DNA of 63,938 nt, filler included, from Octopus bimaculoides (Eukaryota): NCBI RefSeq assembly GCF_001194135.2. It is 5 parts of 4 records of this genome, joined end to end, with 100 filler letters (N's around TTAATTAATTAA, not from the genome) between each part and the next. Parts side by side here need not be neighbours in the genome. Positions count along the whole stretch, not along the records: positions 20,892 to 37,734 come from NC_068981.1; positions 37,835 to 58,088 come from NC_068983.1; 3 more parts are not named here. The stretch is one strand, 5' to 3'. Below are positions 25,726 through 37,880 of this stretch, in pieces. The notes beneath the pieces are model-generated. The model saw only the letters and a program-made list of their open reading frames with translations, made no database searches and was not told the DNA's origin. Position 1 is the first letter of the stretch; the number at the start of each line of letters is the position of its first letter. A program made the position numbers and the translations under genes.

Positions 25726-25870
25726 AAGATGCCTCACAAGAAAACAAAGCTTCTCCTACGTGGATGCCCGAATTGCTAGAGAAAGCAACGAAATACACTT
25801 CAAATCAAGCAGCAACACCACAAACACAGTAGATCAGGTTACAGTAGATGTTCCTGGTGAACATCCGTAG
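25726..25870 (+). other. Candidate orphan coding exon
   Basis: Acceptor CCTTACATTTTCCTCAG; 47 open codons RCLTRKQSFSYVDARIARESNEIHFKSSSNTTNTVDQVTVDVPGEHP*; no recognised homology. Confidence 0.2.
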
Positions 25871-26131
25871 TGTACTGGGTAGGCACAGTCTACTCAGCTG
25901 TAAATCACTATCACCCTAATGCTGGTACAGAACCCCCCCTNNNNNNNNNNCTATCACCCTAATGCTGGTACAGAACCCCCCCTCTCTCTCTCTCTCATCA
26001 GCTGTTACATTTTGGGTGTTATATATATTAATAGTAATGGTAAGACAACAAAAAAATGAATGAGACCTCGATATTATGTAAATAGAGGGATTTATTTGTA
26101 ATATAATATGTGACAATTATTCGGTTGCCAT

Positions 26132-26174
26132 GATAAAACTCCGAGTTTCGGATGTCGGCATCTCTTCAGTCATC
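26132..26174 (-). ncRNA. Minimal type-I hammerhead ribozyme motif
   Basis: Minus strand GAUGA-CUGAAGA-GAUG(CCGA)CAUC-C-GAAA-CUC(G)GAG-U-U-UUAUC: 5-bp stem I, 4-bp stem II, stem III with a 1-nt loop, GUU triplet. Confidence 0.6.
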
Positions 26175-26221
26175 GAGGCATATTTTAATTGCCTCGATGA
26201 CTGAAGAGGTAATTATATATA

Positions 26222-26705
26222 TATATATATATTTTCTTCTCTTCTCTCTATTTTCTTACCCCTACCAGAACATTCTCAAAATTTCATTCACACTTCAAGA
26301 CCCCTTTCAATGACCAGCACATGGAATTTATGTCTCCACACTATCCACTCGTAATAACAAAATATGAACTCCTATCAGAATTTACATACAATGGACAAGA
26401 AGCCTTTCTACCCATTCTACACAACACTTTCCTTGGATAATGGAACTGCAACTGTAACATCCTACATATATTTCTACGTTTATTTTCATTTTTATTCTCT
26501 TATTTCCCCTTTATACTTCCTATATTCATCCTTTTCCAAAATAACCCCTTATATTGAACTCTACTATTTCCCTCTTAGTTAACTCTCCCATATCGTTTCT
26601 GATGAAAGGATATCCCTAATATCCCAGAAACAGCTGTAAGACTAGCTTTCTCTTTATATATGTCCTATAAATTCCACACAACCTTGGTTTTGTTGTCTCA
26701 TTTTA
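26222..26705 (+). mobile_element. Penelope-like 3' UTR/pseudo-LTR fragment
   Basis: C/T-rich segment containing the 26595 hammerhead; its end is homologous to 22030-22110 of the Penelope copy above. Confidence 0.6.
26595..26642 (+). ncRNA. Minimal type-I hammerhead ribozyme motif, core intact
   Basis: Stem I GUUU/AGAC; CUGAUGA 26599-26605; stem II GGAUAU/AUAUCC; GAAA 26627-26630; palindromic stem III ACAGCUGU; GUA triplet. Confidence 0.75.
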
Positions 26706-26734
26706 TTTAACGCACTCACACGCACGCACACACA

Positions 26735-26774
<40 letters not shown>

Positions 26775-27261
26775 CATATGTATATATATAGACCTACCTA
26801 CATACATACAAACACAAAACGCACACACGCACACATATACAGAACTTCCAAATGCTCTGGTTTGCACTCAAAGGACAGCTTAGTTGGCCGTGTATCCTTT
26901 CTTTTGGCCGGAGAGAATTTAATACGGTTCTTGCATGTCCAGTTCTGTCTACCGATTTATAGAACCAATAATGGCAATAAAACTGCTTCGAGCAGAAATT
27001 CAAAAGCAGTGACACATAACACTCTTTCTGTAATAATCATGGACGTATTATCTAATTACTAGTTTATATTATGAATAATTGTTACGCTTAGTATTGGATG
27101 TGTAATCAAATATCAAATTGAAACTCATTAAAACAACAAACAGCATTTCAATTAAAGACATCGTTTCGATAATTAAAGTTTTATAACTCTGCCAAATCTT
27201 CTGACTTTATTGCTGTGTTATTGGAATCTGGTGGAAAGTAGGGGAAATAGGGCTACTTTTC

Positions 27262-27480
27262 ACTTTTTATCGTTTACCTGTTTCAGTCATTAGATTGCGG
27301 CCAAGCTGGGGCACCGCCTTGAAGGATCTTTAGTTGAATTTTTAGTCGACTCCAGTCCTTTTTTTAAAGACCGGTACATATTCTTTTTTGCTGAACCACT
27401 AGTTTAAGGGGACGTAAACACACCAACGTCGGTTGTTAGTTAAGTGATGGTGGTGGGGGACAAACAGACAAAAAGGCACA
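27262..27480 (-). mobile_element. SINE family A 3' half, running into its internal microsatellite and a gap
   Basis: TTTCAGTCATTAGATTGCGGCCAAGCTGGGGCACCGCC...GGGGACGTAAACACACCAAC. Confidence 0.8.
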
Positions 27481-27492
27481 AATGCAACTATC

Positions 27493-27579
<87 letters not shown>

Positions 27580-27738
27580 ATATATATACATATATATATG
27601 CATATATATATATANNNNNNNNNNNNNNNNNNNNNNNNNNNNNNNNNNNNNNNNNNNNNNNNNNNNNNNNNNNNNNNNNNNNNNNNNNNNNNNNNNNNNN
27701 NNNNNNNNNNNNNNNNNNNNNNNNNNNNNNNNNNNNNN

Positions 27739-27870
27739 GGATTGGGGTGAGTGGGAGAGGAGGTAAGTCTATAACATCGACCCCGCAGTACTTAACGTTT
27801 ATTTATTTTATCGACCCTGAAAGGATGAAAGGCAAAGTGGACCTTGGCGGAATTTGAACTCAGAGCGTAA
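27739..27870 (-). mobile_element. SINE family B 3' part
   Basis: ATCGACCCTGAAAGGATGAAAGGCAAAGTGGACCTTGGCGGAATTTGAACTC. Confidence 0.8.
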
Positions 27871-28699
27871 CAACGGAAAACCACTCCATTAAATTGATAA
27901 ATTGTCAGAGTGGTGGGTTACGTTTTGTATGCAGACGTTTGTTGTTTACAATCACAGATATTCCCGCTGAGACCATCCCGTTTGATATTTTGCAACATTG
28001 TCTATAGTTACAGTGAGTTACCATTGTAAAGACAGTAAGGTGTAATTTGAAGGTTTGGCTGTTATTTCTAGAAGATCAAGCAACCCCGTAGAAGCTCCTT
28101 CGTTGACTGAAGACTCGTTTCATCTTGTAGTTGTTGTTGCTGTTAGAAGTATAAACTCACTGTCGTTTTTTTTTTTATTATATATTCATGACTAAGTTAT
28201 TTTATTTACGTGCCTTGGCGCTTTTATTGCGGGGAGGAAAATGGGAATCGCAATTCTATGTCAATGTAAGAATGTTTATGCCATAAGAAGTGTAGCCTCA
28301 GCTAGAAAATGAAACCGCATCGCAGACAGCCAACACAGACAACACATCGTCCGCCTCGCCATGCCTTTCTTATAGAACAACCGATTATATTACTTAAAAA
28401 AAAAAAAAAAGTTCTCACCATAAAATAGGCTGAGAAAAACAAAGGAAGAAAAAGACGAGGAATCGCTACATCGAATTCAACGTCGGAATGAAACCAGTCT
28501 GGTATTGTAAAGATCACAACATTTCCAACTGGCACCGCCACCAAAGACCAATGATGGAAGAATATACTTATTCTATTCTGGTTGTTTTGTGTGTCTATTT
28601 GTTTTAACAGCAACTCGTGTAAATTTAGTAATCGGTTTTCTTAACACATAGGTTTCAAAATCGGTCTGATTCGCACTAATTCTAGAAACATGGTGGTTA

Positions 28700-28860
28700 T
28701 TTTAAACATTTGTTCTGATTTTATCTGGTGCACACTTGGGTTTTTTTTTTTTTTGGTTAAGCAACTCTTTATCTACCACTAATTCGTATTGTGGTGTAAA
28801 CTGATTCCTGGAAAAATGGTCAGCAAATAATTGGACTCTAATTCTAGGTAAATAACCGAA
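28700..28860 (-). mobile_element. Possible decayed piggyBac transposase fragment
   Basis: QLFADHFSRNQFTPQYELVVDKELL...PDKI loosely recalls the piggyBac YTPG.ELTVDEQL...PDKFGIK segment; weak. Confidence 0.25.
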
Positions 28861-29385
28861 AGCGAGAAAGAAAAATAGTAAAATAAACGTCGTGTATTTG
28901 AGAATTGCGTTCATGGAATATGGTTATTAGAATTTCTTGGAAGGAAACAATGGACGATAATAATGGGCAAGCTTTGGTGGTATTTTTAGATGGTTCGGAT
29001 ATTCTGAAGCCGTCCATAATTGTAACCATACACAGACATATACACACTTACACATACACGTTCTTGCGAACGCATAGGCACACATACACATACATCATAT
29101 AGACACGGTACGCGTTCCTCGCTCTACACAGATGTCTCGCTGGTGTGTAGGTAATGTTCCTTACAATGGCAGTAATTTGTCTTCAAGAAACCTGTTGAAA
29201 TAATAACACACGCACACCACACCTCTTTGCGTTTGTGTCTTAGTATATATTACGTGAATGTCGAATGATATCTATATATAGACACACACACACACACATA
29301 CACACACGCACACACGCACATATACACACACACATATACATACACATATATACACACATATATATATATCTATATATAGACATAT

Positions 29386-29419
<34 letters not shown>

Positions 29420-29468
29420 CTATCTATATCTATCTATATATGTGTCTATATATAGATATATATATATG

Positions 29469-29510
<42 letters not shown>

Positions 29511-29650
29511 TACATATATATGGTAAATTATGAATCAATATGGTATATAATATATATATATATATATATTTTTTTTTACTATTTTACTTGTTTCAGTCTT
29601 TTGACTGTGGCCATGCTGGAGCACCACCTTTTATATATATATATATATAT

Positions 29651-29699
<49 letters not shown>

Positions 29700-29983
29700 C
29701 GTGTATAATATCGAGAGAGAAAAACAGACACACACATGCATGCGAACATATGCTTGTATGTTTGTATATGTGTGTATGTATACATATTTCCACATCTAGT
29801 TGTATATGTACATATATGTCTATTCACATACACAAACACACATATAGATATATGTATGTATTCATGTATGTATAAATGTATGTATGTTCATATCTTTCCT
29901 TGTATTTCTTATTTTCCTTTTTCATAAATATCATGTGGGTGTATATATGACAACATATGCAGGTGTTTCAGTGTGTGTATGTA

Positions 29984-30030
<47 letters not shown>

Positions 30031-30132
30031 AATTCAAAGATGAACAAGCAAGAAAAAACACGAAAAAGCAACAATGCGAGGACGCGGAATAAATACAGTG
30101 TTATTGGACGCTCAGGAAAGAAAAGAAAGAGG

Positions 30133-30167
30133 ATTTCACGTTTTGAGCGGAGTTCTTCATCAGAAAT
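30133..30167 (-). ncRNA. Decayed minimal hammerhead
   Basis: AUUU-CUGAUGA-A-GAAC(UCC)GCUC-AAAA-CG-U-G-AAAU: GAAA>AAAA, one stem II mismatch, G at the cleavage position. Confidence 0.45.
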
Positions 30168-30510
30168 ATAGATGAAGTCCAAAGAAGGGAAGACGGAGAA
30201 AGAAAATCGTCAGCGATGCACACGCGGCCACATATATAAATAACTGTAACTTACATGTATGTATATAATTGTCACAACGCACTTCTCGTTGGTTCAGTGG
30301 TTAACGTGTTTAGACCTCAATCCTGAGGTGCCTTGCCTGCTCCCTCTGCTTGGAATCATAGGTAAGCCTTGTCAATGAGATTGTGTAAGTGGAAACTATT
30401 CGGAAGCCCATCGGATGGGATTTAACAGATAAACCAAGTACCGTGTGTCATGACGGTTCCTTATGTTAACTAAAAAGGTGTCAGAAATACTCAGACACTG
30501 AAATTTTAAC

Positions 30511-30720
30511 TTAACCCTTTTCATTCCAATCCGCTTAAAACTGTCCCTAGTCCTATGGCACAAACTTCCTGTTTGTTCTGTGGCACAAACTTCCTGTTTG
30601 CAGGGAATCTAAATTAAAATCGCTCGCAAAATTTTGCTTTAATTTCTTCCAAACACCTTCTTAATAATGACAAAGTTATTTTAGTAAATTCTTCATTATT
30701 TAAAAAAAGTAATTAATACC
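30511..30720. mobile_element. One end of a piggyBac-type non-autonomous element
   Basis: Begins TTAA-CCCTTT; no matching right end found; internal 20-bp direct duplication TGGCACAAACTTCCTGTTTG. Confidence 0.35.
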
Positions 30721-31630
30721 AAAGTTTAATGAGTTGGTTGATCACTTTGACGTCAACTCACGAAACTCTCAGCCCTTGAACCACAATGCTAGTTATATAT
30801 ATATATATATATATCGTAGGAATACGTTAGGTGAAAGGCACAAAATAGCAGATCTGAGTTAACCCTAATCCACGAATTTGTGTGGGGCATGCTTTTAGAG
30901 ACAGTGGGTGTGGGGGTCTATTTGTGAACGCCCAAGCCGCTAGAAATAGCAGCCAAATTTTACTTAAATCGGAGCCTAAACTTAGAGAGACACATTGGAT
31001 AATATAGTCCTTCTTATACTCTTAGGTAAACATGGTAGATTCAGTTGGATTGTCTTTGAACATTGCTGATTTGGGGCTAAAATAAAAGCTACAACAGCAA
31101 CAACAACAGGATCAACAAAAACAACAAGAACAAGAACAAGAACACGAACAAGAACAACAACAACAGCAATAATAATGGTTTGAAGTTTTGACACAAGATC
31201 TACAAATTTGGGACACTACTACTACTACTACTATTTAATTTATGTGCTGTTTTCTCAAAAGCATTTGTACAGTGATGTTTATTACAAGGAGGTATTTAAT
31301 ATTTACGGCATTTGGTGTAATATTGCTCGAGTCTGTTTGCAATATATTTTCAAACGACTGGTGGACGGTGTTCAGAATAAGCAGATTGAGATTCTTGTAG
31401 TTCTGTCATAGCAAAGCCATTGTATTTTCATGCGAAACTGATCGTAGTTCTTCGCAGATGAGAATATATGTTTGGTTAGTTGATTAAAAAGCCAGAAATT
31501 TCACCAACCGAGAATGAAGAAATGGCTGACTTCGAATTACATTCACACAAACACAAACCCACATTTATACAATTACCAATACACACACATACACATATTT
31601 ATGTATATGTATATGTATACACACATGTAA

Positions 31631-31663
<33 letters not shown>

Positions 31664-31804
31664 CGTGTGTGTGTGTGTGCGTGTGTGTGTGTGTGTGTAT
31701 ATATATCATTAAATGCATATACTAATGTATATGCTCTGTGCATACACATGTGTACATATACATGTGTCCGTGCATATATATATATGTATATGTATATGTA
31801 TGTA

Positions 31805-31879
<75 letters not shown>

Positions 31880-32403
31880 ATATATCTGTATATATAACTA
31901 CGTGTCTGTGTGTATGTGTTTGCGTACGTTTATGGCGAAGGCGTATAAAATCTCAATACCCTCTGTTCATTATACATACAGCGTTTATTTCATTTCCTGT
32001 GATTTCAGCAGCTAGAGTTTCGTGAACTGCGCTTTGCCCTGCAGAAAACTGTTGAGTTGCACCGATTCATAATAAATGAAGCATATTTGTTTATATACAC
32101 ATTTATACACATGCGTTTAGACCTACGCACACATGTAAACAATGAGATAGATATGGGTACATTCGATGATGGGTACGGGTACATTGTTTTGTATATTTTC
32201 ACTCTAAATTTCAATTTATTTATTCGGATTGTGCTCTCTCTCTCTCCCCCCCTCTCTCTCTCTCTCTCNNNNNNNNNNNNNNNNNNNNNNNNNNNNNNNN
32301 NNNNNNNNNNNNNNNNNNNNNNNNNNNNNNNNNNNNNNNNNNNNNNNNNNNNNNNNNNNNNNNNNNNNATATATATATATATATATATATACTATATATA
32401 TTC

Positions 32404-32434
<31 letters not shown>

Positions 32435-32449
32435 ACTATATATATATAC

Positions 32450-32498
<49 letters not shown>

Positions 32499-32719
32499 AC
32501 ACACACATATATATACTTAACTATGTACAGTATGCAGACGTACATATTCTATATATGTATATATGTATACAAGCGCATAAATATACCTTTCGTTGTATAC
32601 ATATGTGCATAGATGTAAGCACACACACGCACATAAACACACACACACACACACACATACATATATATATGTATATTTATATCTGTATAAGTATATATAT
32701 ATAGGTATAAATATATATA

Positions 32720-32769
<50 letters not shown>

Positions 32770-33187
32770 TATACACACACACACATGCATACATATATAT
32801 GTATAGATTGTTATACAAGCGGCAATGTTAGAATGCTTGTGTGTACACGCACGCATCTAAACTCCCACACATACACACTTATGCTCACACCACTTACTTA
32901 CCCTTGCTCTTACATACTCCTACATACACAGATATAAGCACACAAAAATATATTCGTAAATGCGCTGAAGCATCTCTAGATAAATAGAACATAATAGATG
33001 CGTACACAGATATATATNNNNNNNNNNNNNNNNNNNNNNNNNNNNNNNNNNNNNNNNNNNNNNNNNNNNNNNNNNNNNNNNNNNNNNNNNNNNNNNNNNN
33101 NNNNNNNNNNNNNNNNNNNNNNNNNNNNNNNNNNNNNNNNNNNNNNNNNNNNNNNNNNNNNNNNNNNNNNNNNNNNNNNNNNNNNNN

Positions 33188-33222
<35 letters not shown>

Positions 33223-33939
33223 TCACTTAGATATAGATAGTGATATTTATGTAGTAGGACTGTTTTATCTGTCACTACAATTCAATTTCAAGAGAGAAAC
33301 ATGTATTTAAAGAATAAATTGGAGAAAAAAATGTATAGTTAAACAAATAACTATAAAAGAAACCGGGAAACAAGGCAAAAATATCAAGCAATTTGTATGA
33401 GAAGATGTATAAAAATGATAGTTAAACCAAGAACCCCGTTTAAGTAAAACAGAAAAGGATAAGGTAAAAAAATAAAGGAAAAAAATACGTCCATGAAGAA
33501 CTAAGTATGTTTAAGTATTGTTGCTTGTTTTTTTTCTATTAGATATAAGAATAATTGAATTGGAAATGGTTGTACTTGAATAGAAGGGAATGATGGGAAG
33601 GATTGGGAAAGATATGGAGAGATGGGAGAAAGATAGAGGAAGAGATAGACATGGAGATAGAGATAGACAATAGGAAAGAAAAATGGTAGATTTTTGTGCC
33701 TTTTGCTCAATTATAGAAACGAAATCTGCTGTATGAGTATATAAGTACATTTCAGGCGTTCGTGTAAATATATGTTGGTACGTACGTATGTATGTATGCT
33801 GGTACGCATGTGTGTATGCATGTTTGTATGCATGTATGTATGTATGTATGTATGTATGTATGTATGTATGTATGTATGTATGTATATATGCTGGTATGCA
33901 TGTATGTCTATAGGCATTCCTTTATCAGTGTGTGCATAA

Positions 33940-33996
<57 letters not shown>

Positions 33997-34056
33997 GATA
34001 GATAGATAGATAGATAGACAGATATGTATGCATCTATGCATGCAAATTTCTATGTA

Positions 34057-34679
34057 CAGGGGTTGGACAAAATAATGGAAACACCTTAAAATTTCAAACA
34101 AATTAATTTTAATGTGGAGTAGGACCGCTTTTGGTAGTAATTACAGCTTGAATTCTACAAGGTATGGACTCGTACAAAGTTTGGATTGTTTCCAAAGGAA
34201 TTTTTGTCCATTCTTCAGCTAAAATAGTTTCGAGTTCTTGTAGTGATGATGGTGGAGGATATCGACTCTTTACTTGTTTTTCTAAAATGCACCATAAAGG
34301 TTCAATAATATTGAGATCTGAGGTCTGAGGTAGCCAGATAAGATGTTCAATTTCATTGATTGCAGCTCTCCTGTTTTGTACAGCTCCAGGTCAACAATTT
34401 TTGTGGAAACTGGGTTCCCAAGGTGGTCATTAAGCTCTGTAGTAATTTTCGGAGCTGTACTTTTGTGATCCTGTCTAACAATTCGCGTAAGAGTCTGACG
34501 GTCCCTATCTGAAAGTTTTGGTTTTGGTTTTCTTCCGGAGTTTTGTTTCGACGAGGAGGTTTTTTCCTCTTTCTCAAAGGCTGTCGTTACTTTCGAGACA
34601 GTACGTCTTGATACATCAAGCATTTCGGCTTTTTTCGTTATGCTAGCGCCTGCCATACGAGCACCAACAATTTGACCTC
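34057..34679 (-). mobile_element. Tc1-like transposon (DD36E/Incomer-like), internally deleted, 5' end missing
   Basis: TA then TIR CAGGGGTTGGACAAAATAATGGAAACACCT; N-terminal MAGASITKKAEMLDVSRRTVSKV...SGRKPK fused by deletion to EHLIWLPQTSDLNIIEPLW; same family as 60524-61588. Confidence 0.9.
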
Positions 34680-34839
34680 AAATTAATAAACCCACATATG
34701 AACGCACATACTTACATATAAGCGCGAACACATGCATGCGTGCACACATACGAGCTTGCCCACACTCACATGCTCATACCGGACAATTTCAAAACAACGC
34801 CGAATCATACATTCAAGATAAATGGAAGTGGAGAGACGG

Positions 34840-34879
34840 GTTACTGAAGAGATTGCAAGAGTGCAATGAAATGATTTAA

Positions 34880-34880
<1 letters not shown>
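34840..34880 (+). ncRNA. Minimal hammerhead motif immediately followed by A46
   Basis: GUUA-CUGAAGA-G-AUUGCA(AGAG)UGCAAU-GAAA-U(G)A-U-U-UAAC; stem III only 2 bp. Confidence 0.5.

Positions 34881-34926
<46 letters not shown>
34881..34926 (+). repeat. Poly(A) tract, 46 nt
   Basis: Direct. Confidence 0.95.
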
Positions 34927-34928
<2 letters not shown>

Positions 34929-35042
34929 AAAAACTAAACACTGTTTATAAATTAATAAAGGACTGAACCAGTGCGTGTGTTTATTACCGGCATAATGCCT
35001 CTCCCAAGGTTTAATTGTATATATATATATATTATTTTTCTT

Positions 35043-35438
35043 TTATTCTTTTACTTGTTTCAATAATTTGACTACGGTCATGCTGGAGCACCACCTTTTA
35101 GTCGAAGAAATTGACCTCAGGAATTATTGTTTGTAAGCCCGGTAGTTATTCTAGCGGATCCTTTACCTGAACCGCTAAGTTGCGGGGACGTAAACTCGCC
35201 TACGTCTGTTGTCACACAATGATGGGGTGGGGTGGACAAACACTGACATAAAGACATACACATAAATATATATACATATACGAAGGGGCTTCTTTCAGTT
35301 TCTGTTTACCAAATCCACTCACAAGGTTTTGGTCGGCCAGAGATTATAGCAGAAAACACTTGTCAAAGGTGCCGTGCAGTGGGACTGAGCCCGGAACCAT
35401 ATGGTTGGGAAGCAAGCTTCTTAACACACAGCCACGCC
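35043..35438 (-). mobile_element. Full-length SINE family A
   Basis: Head, internal TA/TG microsatellite, body and AAACAAGTAAAAGAATAAA tail are all contiguous; links the isolated 5' and 3' halves elsewhere into one family. Confidence 0.9.
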
Positions 35439-35465
35439 ATATATACAGAGACAGACACACACACA

Positions 35466-35517
<52 letters not shown>

Positions 35518-35553
35518 CACATACATATATGTCTGTTGCCTGTACTTGTTCAA

Positions 35554-35738
35554 TATTCTTTTCTACTCTAGGCACAAGGTCCGAAATGTTTTTGTTGAGG
35601 GGAGGGGGCCAGTGGATTAGGTCGACCCCAGTACGAAATTGGTACTTAATTTATCGACCCCGAAAGATGAAGGGCAAAGTCGACCTCGGCGGAATTTGAA
35701 CCGCCCGCCGTACTAACGTTTCTGCCAACTCACCGCCT
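35554..35738 (-). mobile_element. SINE family B with internal deletion
   Basis: Tail, core and head present; segment between head and B box missing. Confidence 0.8.
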
Positions 35739-36967
35739 TTCTACTCGTTCAATATTGCATACGATAGAATCTTCTGAATTTATCTCAAGCACTTGATGTT
35801 AACCCTGCATCCCTGCCTGGATTAAAACAGTTATACTTATGTGATACATACGCATTACAACAGTATTACATTTTCATTTGTTCTCTATTAGCATTGCAGG
35901 AATTAATCTCAGTCCTTCTTGAGCAGTTTATGCCATTGTAAAGAGATGTTCTCTTTATCCAAGTCTAAGAATCCACTTCCCCCCAAAATACTTCGTTTTC
36001 CATACGAAATATAACGCAGGATGCGATCTGTTACATCACATGTGTGTGTGACTATGTGAATGAAGGAGTGTGTATGTGTGTAAATGTGCAAGTGTGTATG
36101 TGTGTATGCGTGTTTGTGTTTGTGTGCTAATATGTGAACGTGTAGGTCTGCGTGAATGCAAGGATATTAAAATGTGTTCGTGTGATTGTATCGCTATAAA
36201 ATACCAATGTAGCGTCAATAATTGGTTTAATTTTAAATCGTCACAAAATCCATAGATTTCAAAAGTTGGGTCGATTCCAGCGTTGAGAACTTCATTAACT
36301 TGTCCGTCGTCTTCCGACATACTTGCATCGACTATAGTGCTTTTTAGTTTTTTTTCTTGTTGCAAGATATCATTATTTTGGTTTTAGCATCAGAAATTTC
36401 TATTCTATATCTGATAGTTCTTACAAGACATGTTGTTGGACTTCTAAGTCCTTTATTTTCTCCAAAATCAATATCAATGGTAAACCAGACATGTTGACTT
36501 CTCTTTGCTTTCTACAGGAACATTCCCTTCAAAAGACTTAAGGATTCCATCATTATGTGTTCTAAAATCATGTTGAAAACTTGTAATGCAAGAATATTTG
36601 CGACGTGATGTCAATTACAATGGATGGAACTGAGTAAAGAAGACGAATCACGTAATGGCAATGCCAGGAGACCGTTTGTTTTCTCTGGGCTGTTCACACT
36701 CGCACACACTCACACACGCACACCTACAGACACACGCACAGACACATACAGACACACATACTGGCACGCATACAGACACACACACACACACACAGAAACA
36801 CATCCACAGACAGACAGATAAACAGACAAACACACCTACAGACACACCCACAGACAGACTGACAGACAGATAGACACGCACATACAGACACACTCACAGA
36901 CAGAGACACACACTAACAGACACACACACAGACACATACAGACATATACACACAGACACAAACACAG

Positions 36968-37017
<50 letters not shown>

Positions 37018-37734
37018 AGACACATACAGACACACACACACACACACAGACACACACACAGAAAGACAGACAGACAGTCAGACAGACAGACACATACACT
37101 CACACACACACAAACACGCCGCCCTTCGACCGCTCAGTTTTCACAGGGACATCCTTGCTTGTAATTTTCCGTACGAATCGATAAAGATCTCCGATCGATT
37201 GCAGATGATAATGCCGACAACCATTGTTACCGAACAGAATCAATGGAAATCACAACGGCACGGGTCAGCGGAGTAGTCCTTACCACCACTGCCTGTACTG
37301 CTATTAAACATATGCTAGGTATTGCTCCGGGAAACGCATGGAGATGGTGGTATGTCATCGTGACAAGAGCCCTGGCTGTCAAGACACTGGTCAATCACGA
37401 GATCCAGTGGTCAGGGTCCACACTGAATGAATGTAGAGAGATATATCAAGAGGTAACGGTGAAAAAAACGACTGGAACCTTCCTCCAACGGCAGAAGGAA
37501 CTTTCGATCGTAATCTGCCGGAAATTGTCTTGAAGTCGACCGCCACGGCTTCTTTTCCTCTCAGGCTGAATTTTCCTTGACCTCGACATTTTTTTTTCTT
37601 TTTTGCATGGGTTAATGCCAGAGGTAGAGTAATATGCTTTATTAAACTCTAACAAAACTGCCCGACGAACGGGAACGTGAAACGAGTAAGTTTTTGTGAT
37701 ATTTCTGCTGCTTTTAATAAAGTATGTATATATA

Positions 37735-37834
37735 NNNNNNNNNNNNNNNNNNNNNNNNNNNNNNNNNNNNNNNNNNNNTTAATTAATTAANNNNNNNNNN
37801 NNNNNNNNNNNNNNNNNNNNNNNNNNNNNNNNNN
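37735..37834. other. Artificial assembly spacer N44-TTAATTAATTAA-N44
   Basis: Same 100-bp structure as 20792. Confidence 0.95.

Positions 37835-37880
<46 letters not shown>

Noticed and set aside
24107-25832. Poly-His, Thr, Ile and Met ORFs as low-complexity proteins
   Set aside because: Compound trinucleotide arrays that are open in several frames on both strands
34820-34870. Similarity to the Tx1 ORF2 end (EIARV)
   Set aside because: Five residues only; the hammerhead reading explains more of the sequence
36518-36633. Strong acceptor TTCTCTTTGCTTTCTACAG with possible exon
   Set aside because: All three frames stop before a convincing donor; a non-coding exon cannot be supported from sequence alone
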